64,000 bases of DNA, taken from contig CANHJG010000001.1 of NCBI GenBank assembly GCA_947461205.1, positions 14,126 through 78,125 on the forward strand, written 5' to 3'. Within the stretch, counting starts at the first letter, position 1; the number at the start of each line of letters is the position of its first letter. The notes under the pieces are model-generated. The model worked only from the letters and a program-made list of their open reading frames with translations, was not told the origin of the DNA and made no database searches. Position numbers and translations under genes: made by a program. Below, piece by piece: positions 1-9,634 of this stretch. This DNA is from Opitutia bacterium. Lineage in GTDB: Bacteria; Verrucomicrobiota; Verrucomicrobiia; Opitutales; Opitutaceae.

Positions 1-450
1 AAGCTCCTCGCCGACCGCCTCGAGGTCATGCTCACCCTCGGCCGCACCAACGCGTATCCACTTATTTCTGACGCCGAAGGGAAAAAACTGTCTTCCCTCA
101 CTCCAGAAAATTTCGCCGACTTCGCGCCCCGCCTCCGCTCCGCCGCTCCCGCCCTCCTCTCAATCTCCACCGCCGGCCAACCCCTCTCGTTCTCGGCGCC
201 CGCCATCGTGAAGCTCAGCGGCGATTCCGACGTCACCTTCACGCTCACGTATCCGCGCCCGACCGCCGGCCCTTTGAAGGTCTTCGCCCAATTCGTCGGT
301 TCCCTCGTCGATGGCCACACCGCCACCGTCGTTCTCACCAACGCCGCCGGCGATGACCTCGGTTGGTCCCCCGTTTCGTTCGACCAACCGGTCTTCGAAG
401 TCGCCCTGCCCGTCCCCGCCACCGACCAAAAATCGGTTCCTAAAAAATAG
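1..450 (+). CDS. hypothetical protein, C-terminal part (5' end lies outside the window)
   Basis: Frame 1 is open from base 1 to the TAG at 448-450. GC3 bias matches neighbouring genes. The stop lies 2 nt before the next ATG, suggesting co-transcription. No family recognised. Confidence 0.6.
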   Translation, partial: KLLADRLEVMLTLGRTNAYPLISDAEGKKLSSLTPENFADFAPRLRSAAPALLSISTAGQPLSFSAPAIVKLSGDSDVTFTLTYPRPTAGPLKVFAQFVGSLVDGHTATVVLTNAAGDDLGWSPVSFDQPVFEVALPVPATDQKSVPKK

Positions 451-452
451 CC

Positions 453-3185
453 ATGCGCCGCCTGCTCTGCTGCCTCCTGCTTCCCCTCTCCGTTTCCGCC
501 GCCGATCCCGTCTCGCTCCACTGGCTCGGCGGCACCGCCCCCGCCGCTCCCAACGGCATCACGTGGGGCGTCCCGTGGCCCAAAGGCGCACTCCTCAAGG
601 AAACCTCCCTCGCCCTCACCACCGCCGACGGCACCGCCCTCCCGCTCCAAACCTGGCCCGTCGCCTCCTGGCCCGACGGCTCCATCAAATGGTCCGGCCA
701 CGCCCTCACCGCCACGCCCGGTATCTCCGCCACGCTCACCCTCGCGCCCGGCCCCACCACCGCCCCCGCCACTCCACTCTCCGTCACCGAAACCGCCGAG
801 GCCTTCACCATCGACACCGGCACCGTCCGCGCCCGCATCTCCCGCGCGCCCTCTGCTCCGCACCTCATCGAGTCTCTCACCATCGGCACCCGCATCGTCG
901 CGCAACACGGCCGCCTGATCGCCCTCCGCGAAGACCGCTCCCAACCCTCCACCCGCCGCGACATCTCCTCCCTCGGCACCGTCGAACGCATCACCGTCGA
1001 ACAAAGCGGCCCCGTCCGCGCCGTCCTCAAACTCGAAGGCCGCCACTTCGAATCCCTTTCACCCGCGTCCACCTCCGCCAGCTCCTCCACACCCGCCCGC
1101 ACCTGGCTCCCCTTCACCGTCCGCCTCCATTTCTTTGCCGGCAGCGGCGCGATCCGCCTCACGCACTCCTTCGTCTTCGACGGCGACGGCAACAAAGACT
1201 TCATCCGCGGCCTCGGCCTCACCTTCGACCTCCCCTTCGCCGAAGAACCCCACAACCGCCACGTCCGCTTCGTCGGCGAAGCCTCCCCTGCCGCCTCCCC
1301 CGCCGTCGCCGCCACCGGCATCTGGGCCCAACCCGTCCGCATGCTCCCCGGCTACCGCCCGCAATCCGGCCGCGCTGTCGTCGAGCACTACGCCGCCCAC
1401 CTCGCCGGCCAACGCGTTCCCCACCTCGCCGACTTCGACGAACGCACGCGTACCAACATCCTCACCGTCCCTGTCTGGGCCGACGCCAAGCTCACCCAAC
1501 TCGGCCCCAATAATTTCACCATCGCGAAGCGCACCTCCCCCGAGGCCTCGTGGCTCCACGTCACCGACGGCTCCCGCGCCCAAGGCCTCGCCGTCCTCGC
1601 CGATGTCTCCGGCGGCCTCGCCATCGGCCTGAAAGATTTTTGGCAGAAGTCTCCCCACGCCTTCGAAATCACCGGCGCCGGCTCCGCCACCGCTCCCGGC
1701 CAATTCACCACGTGGCTCTGGTCCCCCGACGCCCCGCCGATGGATCTCCGCCGCTACGACGAGACGCCCCATGGCCTCACTATCAACTACGAGGACTGGA
1801 AGCCCGGCTGGGGTTCCGCGCTCGGCGTCGCCAACACCCACGAACTCACCCTCTGGGCCTTCGACCGCATCCCCGCGCACGCCGAACTCCTCGCCATGGC
1901 CCGCGCTGCCGCCGCGCCGCCGCTCCTCGTCTGTACGCCCGAGTATTACCACGCCCAACACGCCGGCGGACGCTGGAGTCTGCCCGACCGCACCACGCCC
2001 ACCACGCGCTGGATCGAGGACCAGGTCGGAACGTTTGTGAACTACTACCGCGACCAGGTCGACGAGCGTTCCTGGTATGGCTTCTGGGATTTCGGCGATA
2101 TCATGCACCACTACGATTTCGGCCGCCACGACTGGCGCTACGACGTCGGCGGCTGGGCTTGGGCCAACACCGAACTCATGCCCGACCTGCTCCTCTGGTA
2201 TAGTTTCCTCCGCACCGGCCGCGCCGACCTCTTCCGTATGGCCGAGTCCATGACACGCCACACGAGCGAGGTCGACGTCCACCACGTCGGTCCCTTCGCC
2301 CCGCTCGGCTCCCGCCACAACGTCAACCACTGGGGCGACGGCGCCAAACAACCCCGCGCCAGCCACGCCGGCCTCAAGCGCACCTACTATTTTCTCACCG
2401 GCGGCGACGGCCGCATCGGCGATCTCCTGCGCGAACAACTCGACGCTGACCTCGCCTACAGCTATCTCCAAAAATTCAACGCCGCCCACTACATCCCCGG
2501 CCCCGAGGGCAACGGCGCGCGCCCCGACGGCCCCCGCGCCATCTCCGCGCCCCGCCCCGCAGCGTTCGCGCCCCGCCCGACTGCCGCCGACCGCCAGCCC
2601 TTCACCCGCTTCGGCCTCGAGTGGATGTGCTACGCCCTCAACTGGACCACCGAGTGGGAACGCGGCGGCGACCAATCCTGGCGCCCACGCCTCGAGTCCG
2701 ACCTGAAAACCATGGCTGCCAACGTGGACGCCCAAGGCCGCTTCCCCGGCCGCTACTTCGACATGATTTTCGGCGGCCCCGAAGCGATGTGGGAAATGGA
2801 GCCGATGTATGACATTCCCGCTTTCTGGACCGCTTGGACGAACACCGCCGAAGCCGTCGGCCGCCAGGTCGAAGGCGGCCAGATGACCGGCCCGCGCATG
2901 CTCGCCTACGCCGCGCACGTGAAAAATTCCCCCGAGCTCGGCCTCCTCGCGTGGCAAAAGCTCCTCGGCCCGCCCGGCCAGCTCGCCCCGCTCAACCGCC
3001 CGCAACGCGTCTCGGTCCCTGGCGTCCTCCGCCCCGTCACCGATCCGTCCTTCCTTGGAGCCAACGTCGGCTGGCAACTCCACGGTGTGGCGAGTGTGCA
3101 ATGGGCCCTCAACGCCATCGAGACGCTCGAGTTCGCCGCTCCTTGGCTCCCGCTCTGGGAAAAAGCCCCCGGCGCCAAGCAGTAG
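453..3185 (+). CDS. large secreted glycan-active protein, exo-rhamnogalacturonan lyase (PL26/YetA-like) family candidate
   Basis: 910-aa ORF with a signal-like N-terminus (MRRLLCCLLLPLSVSAA). The block GVPWPKG...WPDGSIKWSGHA resembles, from memory, the bacterial exo-RG lyase family. Pectin-type neighbours fit this call. Family not verified. Confidence 0.6.
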   Translation: MRRLLCCLLLPLSVSAADPVSLHWLGGTAPAAPNGITWGVPWPKGALLKETSLALTTADGTALPLQTWPVASWPDGSIKWSGHALTATPGISATLTLAPGPTTAPATPLSVTETAEAFTIDTGTVRARISRAPSAPHLIESLTIGTRIVAQHGRLIALREDRSQPSTRRDISSLGTVERITVEQSGPVRAVLKLEGRHFESLSPASTSASSSTPARTWLPFTVRLHFFAGSGAIRLTHSFVFDGDGNKDFIRGLGLTFDLPFAEEPHNRHVRFVGEASPAASPAVAATGIWAQPVRMLPGYRPQSGRAVVEHYAAHLAGQRVPHLADFDERTRTNILTVPVWADAKLTQLGPNNFTIAKRTSPEASWLHVTDGSRAQGLAVLADVSGGLAIGLKDFWQKSPHAFEITGAGSATAPGQFTTWLWSPDAPPMDLRRYDETPHGLTINYEDWKPGWGSALGVANTHELTLWAFDRIPAHAELLAMARAAAAPPLLVCTPEYYHAQHAGGRWSLPDRTTPTTRWIEDQVGTFVNYYRDQVDERSWYGFWDFGDIMHHYDFGRHDWRYDVGGWAWANTELMPDLLLWYSFLRTGRADLFRMAESMTRHTSEVDVHHVGPFAPLGSRHNVNHWGDGAKQPRASHAGLKRTYYFLTGGDGRIGDLLREQLDADLAYSYLQKFNAAHYIPGPEGNGARPDGPRAISAPRPAAFAPRPTAADRQPFTRFGLEWMCYALNWTTEWERGGDQSWRPRLESDLKTMAANVDAQGRFPGRYFDMIFGGPEAMWEMEPMYDIPAFWTAWTNTAEAVGRQVEGGQMTGPRMLAYAAHVKNSPELGLLAWQKLLGPPGQLAPLNRPQRVSVPGVLRPVTDPSFLGANVGWQLHGVASVQWALNAIETLEFAAPWLPLWEKAPGAKQ

Positions 3186-3411
3186 CGCCGCGCTTCAGCC
3201 CGTCCCGGTTCGCCCCGCGCTCCTGTGCGACCGGCGGGCTGGTCGACGTCTTGACCCCGTCACCCGACGGTTGCGCAGCTCTCGCCCCGTGCGCACCTCG
3301 CCTCCTCACCTCTGACTCACTGCCACACCCCGCATCCCATCCGCTCGAACGGTTCGCTCTCGATTCACTTGTCAGGGCCATTGCCACACCCGTTTACTCT
3401 CTTCCCACCCC

Positions 3412-4826
3412 ATGCCGTCCCCGCACGCCCACGCCGGCCTGCGGTCCCGCGAATCCGTCGGCTACGCCCTCGGCGACACCGCCTCGAATCTCTTATTCCA
3501 GACCTTCGGTATTTTCCTTACTTACTTCTACACTGACGTCTGGGGCCTCGCACCCGCCGTGATCGGCACGATGTTTCTCGCGGTCCGCCTCTTCGACGCC
3601 GCCGTCGATCCGCTGATCGGCCTCCTGGCCGACCGCACGCAAACTCGCTGGGGCAAGTTCCGCCCCTATCTCCTCTGGTTCGCCCTTCCTTACGGGCTCG
3701 GTGGCTATCTGCTGTTCGCCAGTCCCGACCTCAGCACCTCCGGCAAACTTGTCTACGCCTACCTCACCTCCGGCTTCATGATGCTGGCCTACTCGTTCAT
3801 CAACGTCCCGTACTGCTCGATGCTCGGCGTAATCAGCCCCTCGCCGCGCCTTCGCACGCTCGCTTCGAGTTACCGCTTCGTCGGCGCCTTCGGCGGCGGA
3901 CTCCTCGTCTCGCTGTTCGTCCGCCCCCTCGTCAAATGGCTCGGCGGCGGCGCCAACGAGGCCGGCAAAGTCATCAACGAACTCAAGGGCTTTTAGCTCA
4001 CGATGCTGATCTTCGCCGCACTCTCCGTCATCATGTTCCTCATCTGCTTTGCCACGACCAAGGAGCGCTTCCCCGTGCCGCCCGGACAAAAAGCGACGCG
4101 TGGGGCGAGGGGAAGGAGCTCCTCCGCAACTACCCGTGGGTGATGCGGCTGCTCTCCGCCATTTTCTCGCTCACGTTCATCGGCCTCCGCAACGGTAGCG
4201 CCATCTACCATTTTAAATACGTCGCCGGCTACGACAACCGGCCCGTGCTCTTCGGCCAGTTCGACCGCTTCACGCTCTTCATTTCCCTCGGCATGGCCTG
4301 TCAGATCCTCGGCTCCTACTGCCTGAGTTTCTTCGCCAAGGTCGCCGACCAACGCGTCCTCTCCGTCGCCCTCACCGGTGTCACTGCCGGGTGCTGAGCC
4401 GCCTTTTATTTTATCCCCACGCATCAGTTCGCGCTCCAACTCGCGCTGCAGGCCCTCGGCGCCTTTTGCAGGGGCCCCGCCTCCGCCCTCGTGTGGGCGA
4501 TGTAGGCCGACGTCGCCGATTACGGCGAATGGAAATTCGGCCGCCGCTCGACCGGCCTCGTCTACTCCGCCTCGCTCTTCGCCATCAAAACCGGCACCGC
4601 CTTCGCCGGCCTGCTGCTCCGGTGGATTCTCCTCCAATCCGGCTACCTCGCCAACGTCATGCCATCCGCCACCTCCCTCCTCGGCATCCCCCTCACATTC
4701 TCGCTCTTCCCCGCCGCCTTCGCCGTCCTGAAAGCCGTCGCGCTTTGGATTTACCCGCTCAGTCAGCCCAAGGTCGACGAAATCGAAGCCGCCCTCACCG
4801 CCCGCCGCGCCGCCCCCACCGCCTGA
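3412..4826 (+). pseudogene. glycoside-pentoside-hexuronide (GPH):cation symporter, disrupted
   Basis: GPH motifs are present ([49 protein letters not shown]). The reading frame has in-frame TAG at 3994-3996, a frame 1 to frame 3 shift near the A5 run at about 4087-4092, in-frame TGA at 4395-4397 and in-frame TAG at 4503-4505. The final stop is at 4824-4826. Confidence 0.85.
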
Positions 4827-4838
4827 TCTTCCCGCCCG

Positions 4839-5110
4839 ATGATCCGCCATCCCATGCTCCCCGGCTTCAACCCCGCCCCTCGATCATCCGCGGCGGTGAC
4901 GACTCCTCCATCGCCTCCTCTACCTTCGAGTGGTTCCCCGGCGTGCAGATCCACCCTTCGCGCGACCTCGTCCCCTGGCGTCTCCTCACGCGCCCGCTCA
5001 CCCGCGCCAGCCAGCTGAACCTGATCGGCGATCCGGACTCCTGCGGCGTCTGGGCCCCGTGCCTCACTTCCGCCCACGGCCTGTTCTGGCTCATCTTCAC
5101 CGACGTGAAA
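4839..5110 (+). pseudogene. GH43 beta-xylosidase/arabinofuranosidase N-terminal remnant
   Basis: [12 protein letters not shown], then a 1-nt frameshift near 4873, then [61 protein letters not shown]. This matches the N-terminus of XynB/YagH-type GH43 enzymes. Similarity is lost after about 90 residues. Confidence 0.8.
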
Positions 5111-5365
5111 CGCTCCGCCCGCCCCGCCGCCAAATCGCCGGTGCCCCCGTCCTGCCCTGTCCCTTCACTCTGCGCCGAAGGAACAGTGAGCCGCCTCCCC
5201 GTCTCGACGACCTGCGCATCCGGCGCGCCGCGCGCCTCCTCATCGCCGCCGCCCCGCGCGAACTTTGACCGGCGTCAACCTGCGGAGCAGGCCTCCGCCC
5301 AATCGAGGTTCGCGCAACGCATCGTCGCCGCCGCAACTCACCTCACGGACCACCCCTCATCGCTC

Positions 5366-5809
5366 TCAGGAACTGGCCGGCTTGCGCACGACCTTCCACT
5401 TCCCCTTCGCCGCGCCTTCCGTCGTCGTGCTCTCGTACGTGCCCCCAAGTTGATCGTCCTTCAGTTCACCCGTCAGCTTGCTCGATGCCGCCGTGCCTTG
5501 GACTTCCCACGCAAACACCGCCGTGAGTTTGCTGCCGTCGATCTCCACGGTCTTCGTCGTCGTCGGAACGGCCGCCCCTTCAAACGTGAAGATCGCCTCC
5601 ATCGTCCAGGCCGCCGCTTTCCCCGCTTTGAACGTGAGCTTCAGCGTCCCGCCGACCCCGTTGTCGCCCAACCAGTCACCGGCAAACTCACCCGCAAAAG
5701 ACGCCGCCGCGGCGGCCGGGGCGGCCGACGGCTTGCTCTCGGCGGCGAGCACCGCAGGGCCGCTGAGGAGGGTGAACACGAGACACGCCGACGACAGGAT
5801 TTTTTTCAT
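5366..5809 (-). CDS. secreted hypothetical protein
   Basis: 147 aa with a clear signal peptide ([24 protein letters not shown]) and coding-like GC3. No family recognised. Confidence 0.7.
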   Translation of the reverse strand: MKKILSSACLVFTLLSGPAVLAAESKPSAAPAAAAASFAGEFAGDWLGDNGVGGTLKLTFKAGKAAAWTMEAIFTFEGAAVPTTTKTVEIDGSKLTAVFAWEVQGTAASSKLTGELKDDQLGGTYESTTTEGAAKGKWKVVRKPASS

Positions 5810-6019
5810 GAGGGTAGTTAAACGAGAATTTCACGCCCGCCCCGGGGCTGCCGGGGCGACGCAGGGTGTGACCAGGGTCTTAGGCAGTTTCCAAACGAAC
5901 TAAAGTCGAGGGGAAAGTAATCGCCGCTCCCGTGGTCGTGCTGGGCCACCATCCCGGAACGGACGCGCCTCACTGCCTCGGCAGTTGCCGGGGCACCCGC
6001 GCGCTCCCGCGCGGTACGA

Positions 6020-6441
6020 TCACCTCGACCGCCCCCCCTTCGTCGTCAGGAGCAGCCGGCCGATCATTTCGCCTTCCGACGCCCGCGTCGCGAAACCGTT
6101 CACGGCCACCCGCACGTCGTGCTGCAGAAACCCCGCTTCCTTCGCCCGGTGCAGCACCCACGAAAAATCCGCGATCAAGATCAACGGCTGCCCGCCCAAC
6201 GAAACCAATTCGTCTCCCGCGCGAAACCCCGCGCTCGCCGCGAGCGACCCGGCGCCACTGCCGAAATCGTCGCCGCCTTGTCCGCCGCCAGACCCAGTCC
6301 CACCGTCTCCGCCGCCAGCCACGGATAGATCCGTTCCAGCGGCACCGGCTCCCCCTTCGCCCGATCCTTCACCGCGGCCGCATGACCGAGACTCCAACCT
6401 GCCAACAACGCGAGCCCGCTCACCCAACGACGATCGTTCAT
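6020..6441 (-). pseudogene. PDZ-domain protein, apparently frameshifted
   Basis: ORF 6181..6441 (signal-like N-terminus, ...GLGLAADKAATISAVAPG) continues only in another frame (ORF 6020..6427) as SLAASAGFRAGDELVSLGGQPL..ADFSWVL. This looks like a PDZ core. A 1-nt shift near 6245 is implied. Confidence 0.4.
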
Positions 6442-6534
6442 GCCACCGTTCTAAGCCTCACCCCGCCTCACGCAATCCGAGTCCGAACGGAGGGGCGGTT
6501 GCCCAACCACCCTATTTCCGCGAACGCCCTCGAC

Positions 6535-8058
6535 CTACTCCCGCTTGCCCACCACCACCGCCGGCGTCGCCCCAACATTCGTCACCGTCTCCAATGTCAC
6601 CGTTTCGCCGTCGGCCGAGAACGTTAGCCGATAGCGGGCGACCAACGGAGTCCGATAGCGCACGACCTCCACGGTGAAGGTGTCGACCGCCGTCCAAGCT
6701 CCGCTCACGGCCACTGGGCCCGCCGAAGGCCCACCCTGCAATTCACCCTTCACCCACCCGCCGCGCCCAAGGACCACACGCTGCTCGAACCCGCCGGTGG
6801 TCGAGACAAACTCGGTCCCTGGCGGACCGTCCGTCGATGGCGTGAGCTGAACGCTCTCCACCGCCATCAAGTTCTTCGGAAACACAAAACGCTTTCCCGC
6901 CACCTTCGCCGCCATCGCCGGCCCACCGCCGGGGACCATCACGGGCAACTTCAACGAGAGCCCCGCAAGTTTGGTTTTTAAGTCCGCCTGCGCCTTCTCA
7001 TCCGCGGCCCAGGCCCCCGTCACCTTCGCCTGCAACGCCGGCAGCAGCTTCGCCCACACAAGGTTCAACACGCCCTGCAAATCCCGGGTGCCCGCCGTAA
7101 TCGCGATCACCGCGTCCAGCTCCGGCATCACGATACAAAACTGCCCGTGCGCCCCATCGCCGCGGATCACCCCGTAGCGGCAGCGCCAAAATTGAAAACC
7201 GTAGCCTTGCTCCCAATCGCTCGCCGGGTTGCTCCCGTTCGACATCCACCGCGCCGTCGCCGTATCCACCCACGAAGCCGGCACAAGTTGTTTCCCGTTC
7301 CACTGGCCTTTCTGCAGATACAGCTGACCGAACTTCGCGATGTCTTCCGTGCGGATGCTCAGGCCCGTGCCACCCTGCGACACGCCCTGTTTGCTCTGCT
7401 CCCAGACCGGATTTTTGATCCCCAACGGCTCAAACAGCCGCGGCCGGAGATACTCCAGCACAGTCTGCCCGGTGACTTTCTGCACCAGCGCCGACTGCAT
7501 ATAGGTCGCCACCGTGCTATAGGCGAAAAACGTCCCCGGCTTGTGCGCCACCGGCAGCGCCAGAAAACGCTTCACCACGCTCTCGTCCGTCGTGAGGGAA
7601 AATCCCAGCAGGTCCTCCGCATGGTGCCCCGCTGCCATAGTGAGCAGATCGCGCAGCCGCATCGCCTTCAGATTCGCACTCGGCTTTGCGGGCGCCTCTT
7701 CCGGGAAAAATTTCAGCACCTCGTCCTCCACCTGCAATTTTCCCTCCGCGATCGCGAGCCCCACCGCCGTCGAGGTGAAACTCTTGCTCAACGAAAACAT
7801 CTGGTGCGGTTCCTCCGCCCCATACGGCGCCCACCAGCCCTCCGCGATCACCTGCCCGTGCCGCACCACCATCACGCTGTGTAGCGCCTCAATCTTGGCC
7901 TCCGCTTCATTCACGAAATCCAAAATCGCCCCCGACCTCACCCCCTGCGCTTCGGGCTCGCTGCGCGGCAATGCTTTCGTTTCCGCCGCCCACGCGATCG
8001 TCACCGATGCCGCCAGCCCACCAATCACCACCACAGACCAACGGGGTAGAATTTTCAT
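6535..8058 (-). CDS. serine hydrolase, beta-lactamase/PBP4*-like family, with C-terminal extension
   Basis: 507 aa with a signal peptide and the SxxK motif (FSLSKSFTS). Overall resembles class C beta-lactamase-like esterases. Confidence 0.85.
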   Translation of the reverse strand: MKILPRWSVVVIGGLAASVTIAWAAETKALPRSEPEAQGVRSGAILDFVNEAEAKIEALHSVMVVRHGQVIAEGWWAPYGAEEPHQMFSLSKSFTSTAVGLAIAEGKLQVEDEVLKFFPEEAPAKPSANLKAMRLRDLLTMAAGHHAEDLLGFSLTTDESVVKRFLALPVAHKPGTFFAYSTVATYMQSALVQKVTGQTVLEYLRPRLFEPLGIKNPVWEQSKQGVSQGGTGLSIRTEDIAKFGQLYLQKGQWNGKQLVPASWVDTATARWMSNGSNPASDWEQGYGFQFWRCRYGVIRGDGAHGQFCIVMPELDAVIAITAGTRDLQGVLNLVWAKLLPALQAKVTGAWAADEKAQADLKTKLAGLSLKLPVMVPGGGPAMAAKVAGKRFVFPKNLMAVESVQLTPSTDGPPGTEFVSTTGGFEQRVVLGRGGWVKGELQGGPSAGPVAVSGAWTAVDTFTVEVVRYRTPLVARYRLTFSADGETVTLETVTNVGATPAVVVGKRE

Positions 8059-8195
8059 CGCCCCAACCTAAGCGCCCGCTCCGCCCCGGACACGATAATT
8101 TTCAGGGCCCCTCCTTCTCCTCACTACCCCGCTCCCTCGGACCGTCCAATCCCACTCCCCTTGCACCTTTGGTCCGCTCCACACGACAATCCCCC

Positions 8196-9626
8196 ATGCC
8201 CTACCCCTGCCCGCCCCCCCTTCTCGCTTTCGCCTTTCTCTCCATTTTTACGGCCGCCTCCGCTCAAATCGGCACCCGCTTCCCCGCCGAGAAAAAAATC
8301 ATCATCGACGAAGTCACCGGCGTCCCGCTCACGTTTCTCACCACCAAGGCCGCAGGCGATGCCAAGATCTACCAGACGCACCATCAGTGGACCGCCGACG
8401 GCCAGTGGCTCGTCTTCCGCTCCAACCGCGTCCCCGGTCAGGCGATGGCCGTCAACGAAAAGACCGGCGATCTCGTGCAAGTCACCGAAAGCGGCTTCAC
8501 CGGTATGCTCTGCCTCGCCGACCACTCGATGCACCTTTACTTCCTGCGCATCCTCCCGCTCCCCGGCGAAACCCCGCCGCCTCCGCCGGACACCGCCACG
8601 CTCGCCTCCGCCGGCACTGCGCGCACCGATCCACCTGCGCCCGGCGCTCCCGCCGCCCGCGACCGCGAGGGTCGCGGCGGCCCGCGCGGACCCTCCCAAA
8701 TCATCCGCACCGATCTCGCCAAACTTTTCGCCGACAGCGCCGCGGGCAAACTTCAACCCGCCTCCGTCTACGAACACGTCTGCGGCACCGTCCCGCCCGA
8801 GTTCGGCACCGTCGGCGATGTCGCCCTCGATCCCACGGAAAACTTCGTTTACTTCCGCGTCGGCAACAAGGAACTCGCCGCCCAACACCTCCCGCCCGAC
8901 ACCAAACCCGAGCCCACCTTCGGCCCGCGTAACCTGGGCGCCGGCCCCACCGGCCTCGCGACCATGGACCTCAAGACCGGCGCCGTAAAATTCATCGTCG
9001 CCGTCCCCTTTCAGATCGGCCACGTGCAGACGAATCCTTGGGTTCCCGGTGAAATCGTCTTCTGCTGGGAGACCGGCGGCAAAGCCCCCCAACGCACTTG
9101 GACCGTCCTCGCCGACGGCACCGGTCTGCGCCCGCTCTGGCCCGAATCGTCCTTCGACTGGGTCACCCACGAAGCCGTCATCACCCGGGACGAAGTCGCC
9201 TTCGCCGTCATGGGTCATCGCAAACCCGGCATAAACGACGACTGGGGCACCTCCGGCACCCGCGAACACCCCACCGGCCTCGGTATCGTAAATCTCCGCA
9301 CGCGCGAAATGCGCTTCGCCGGCCAGACGAAAACCGGCAGCGGCCTCTGGCACGTCCACGGCTCGCCTGACGGGCGCTGGGCCGTCGGCGATGATTTCGA
9401 GCGCAACATTTACCTGATCGACCGACGCTCCGACGAACTGATACTCCTTTCCGCCGACCACAAACGCACGGCCTCCGACCACCCGCACCCGACCTTCAGC
9501 GCCGACAGCACGCGCATCCAAATCCAATCCGCGCTGATCGCCGAGGATGGCCGCTCAATGAACATCTGCATCATCCCCGTCCCCGAAAAACTTCTGAAGC
9601 GCACCTACGCCACCAAGTTCAACTGA
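8196..9626 (+). CDS. oligogalacturonide lyase (PL22)-like beta-propeller protein, secreted
   Basis: I use the internal ATG at 8196 (MPYPCPPPLLAFAFLSIFTAASAQ). The pattern D.VTG.P.T.LT...IYQ..WTADG..LVF, then GH..TNPW....IVFCWETGG and HPHPTFSAD, parallels Ogl of Dickeya/Yersinia. Confidence 0.75.
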   Translation: MPYPCPPPLLAFAFLSIFTAASAQIGTRFPAEKKIIIDEVTGVPLTFLTTKAAGDAKIYQTHHQWTADGQWLVFRSNRVPGQAMAVNEKTGDLVQVTESGFTGMLCLADHSMHLYFLRILPLPGETPPPPPDTATLASAGTARTDPPAPGAPAARDREGRGGPRGPSQIIRTDLAKLFADSAAGKLQPASVYEHVCGTVPPEFGTVGDVALDPTENFVYFRVGNKELAAQHLPPDTKPEPTFGPRNLGAGPTGLATMDLKTGAVKFIVAVPFQIGHVQTNPWVPGEIVFCWETGGKAPQRTWTVLADGTGLRPLWPESSFDWVTHEAVITRDEVAFAVMGHRKPGINDDWGTSGTREHPTGLGIVNLRTREMRFAGQTKTGSGLWHVHGSPDGRWAVGDDFERNIYLIDRRSDELILLSADHKRTASDHPHPTFSADSTRIQIQSALIAEDGRSMNICIIPVPEKLLKRTYATKFN

Positions 9627-9634
9627 GCCCAACC

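Noticed and set aside
1059-3101. Very long ORFs antisense to, or frame-shifted against, real genes. Examples: 1059..3101 -, 311..1513 +, 8124..9527 -, 24256..26571 +, 27884..29221 -, 53038..54852 -, 57475..60177 -, 60050..61249 -.
   Set aside because: Their products are Arg/Pro/Gly/Ala-rich low-complexity strings with no family resemblance. Each mirrors a well-supported gene on the other strand or frame. This is the expected stop-codon depletion in a genome of about 66% GC with extreme GC3.
3994-4505. Possibility that the in-frame TAG/TGA/TAG in the GPH symporter reflect stop-codon recoding (selenocysteine, pyrrolysine or a reassigned code).
   Set aside because: Neighbouring genes terminate normally with TAG, TGA and TAA. 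The same gene also needs a frameshift. The stops fall at ordinary Gln/Trp/Tyr-type positions of a transporter and no SECIS-like context is evident. Pseudogenisation is the simpler explanation.
4391-5821. 476-aa plus-strand ORF spanning the end of the GPH gene, the GH43 remnant and the antisense of the 147-aa secreted protein gene.
   Set aside because: Only the ~4873-5110 segment encodes recognisable protein (GH43 N-terminus). The rest is read-through of non-coding or antisense sequence.
6535-8058. Beta-lactamase-family gene as an antibiotic-resistance determinant.
   Set aside because: It is a 507-aa protein with a long C-terminal extension in a CAZyme context. This fits the broad serine-hydrolase/esterase branch and nothing indicates a true beta-lactamase.
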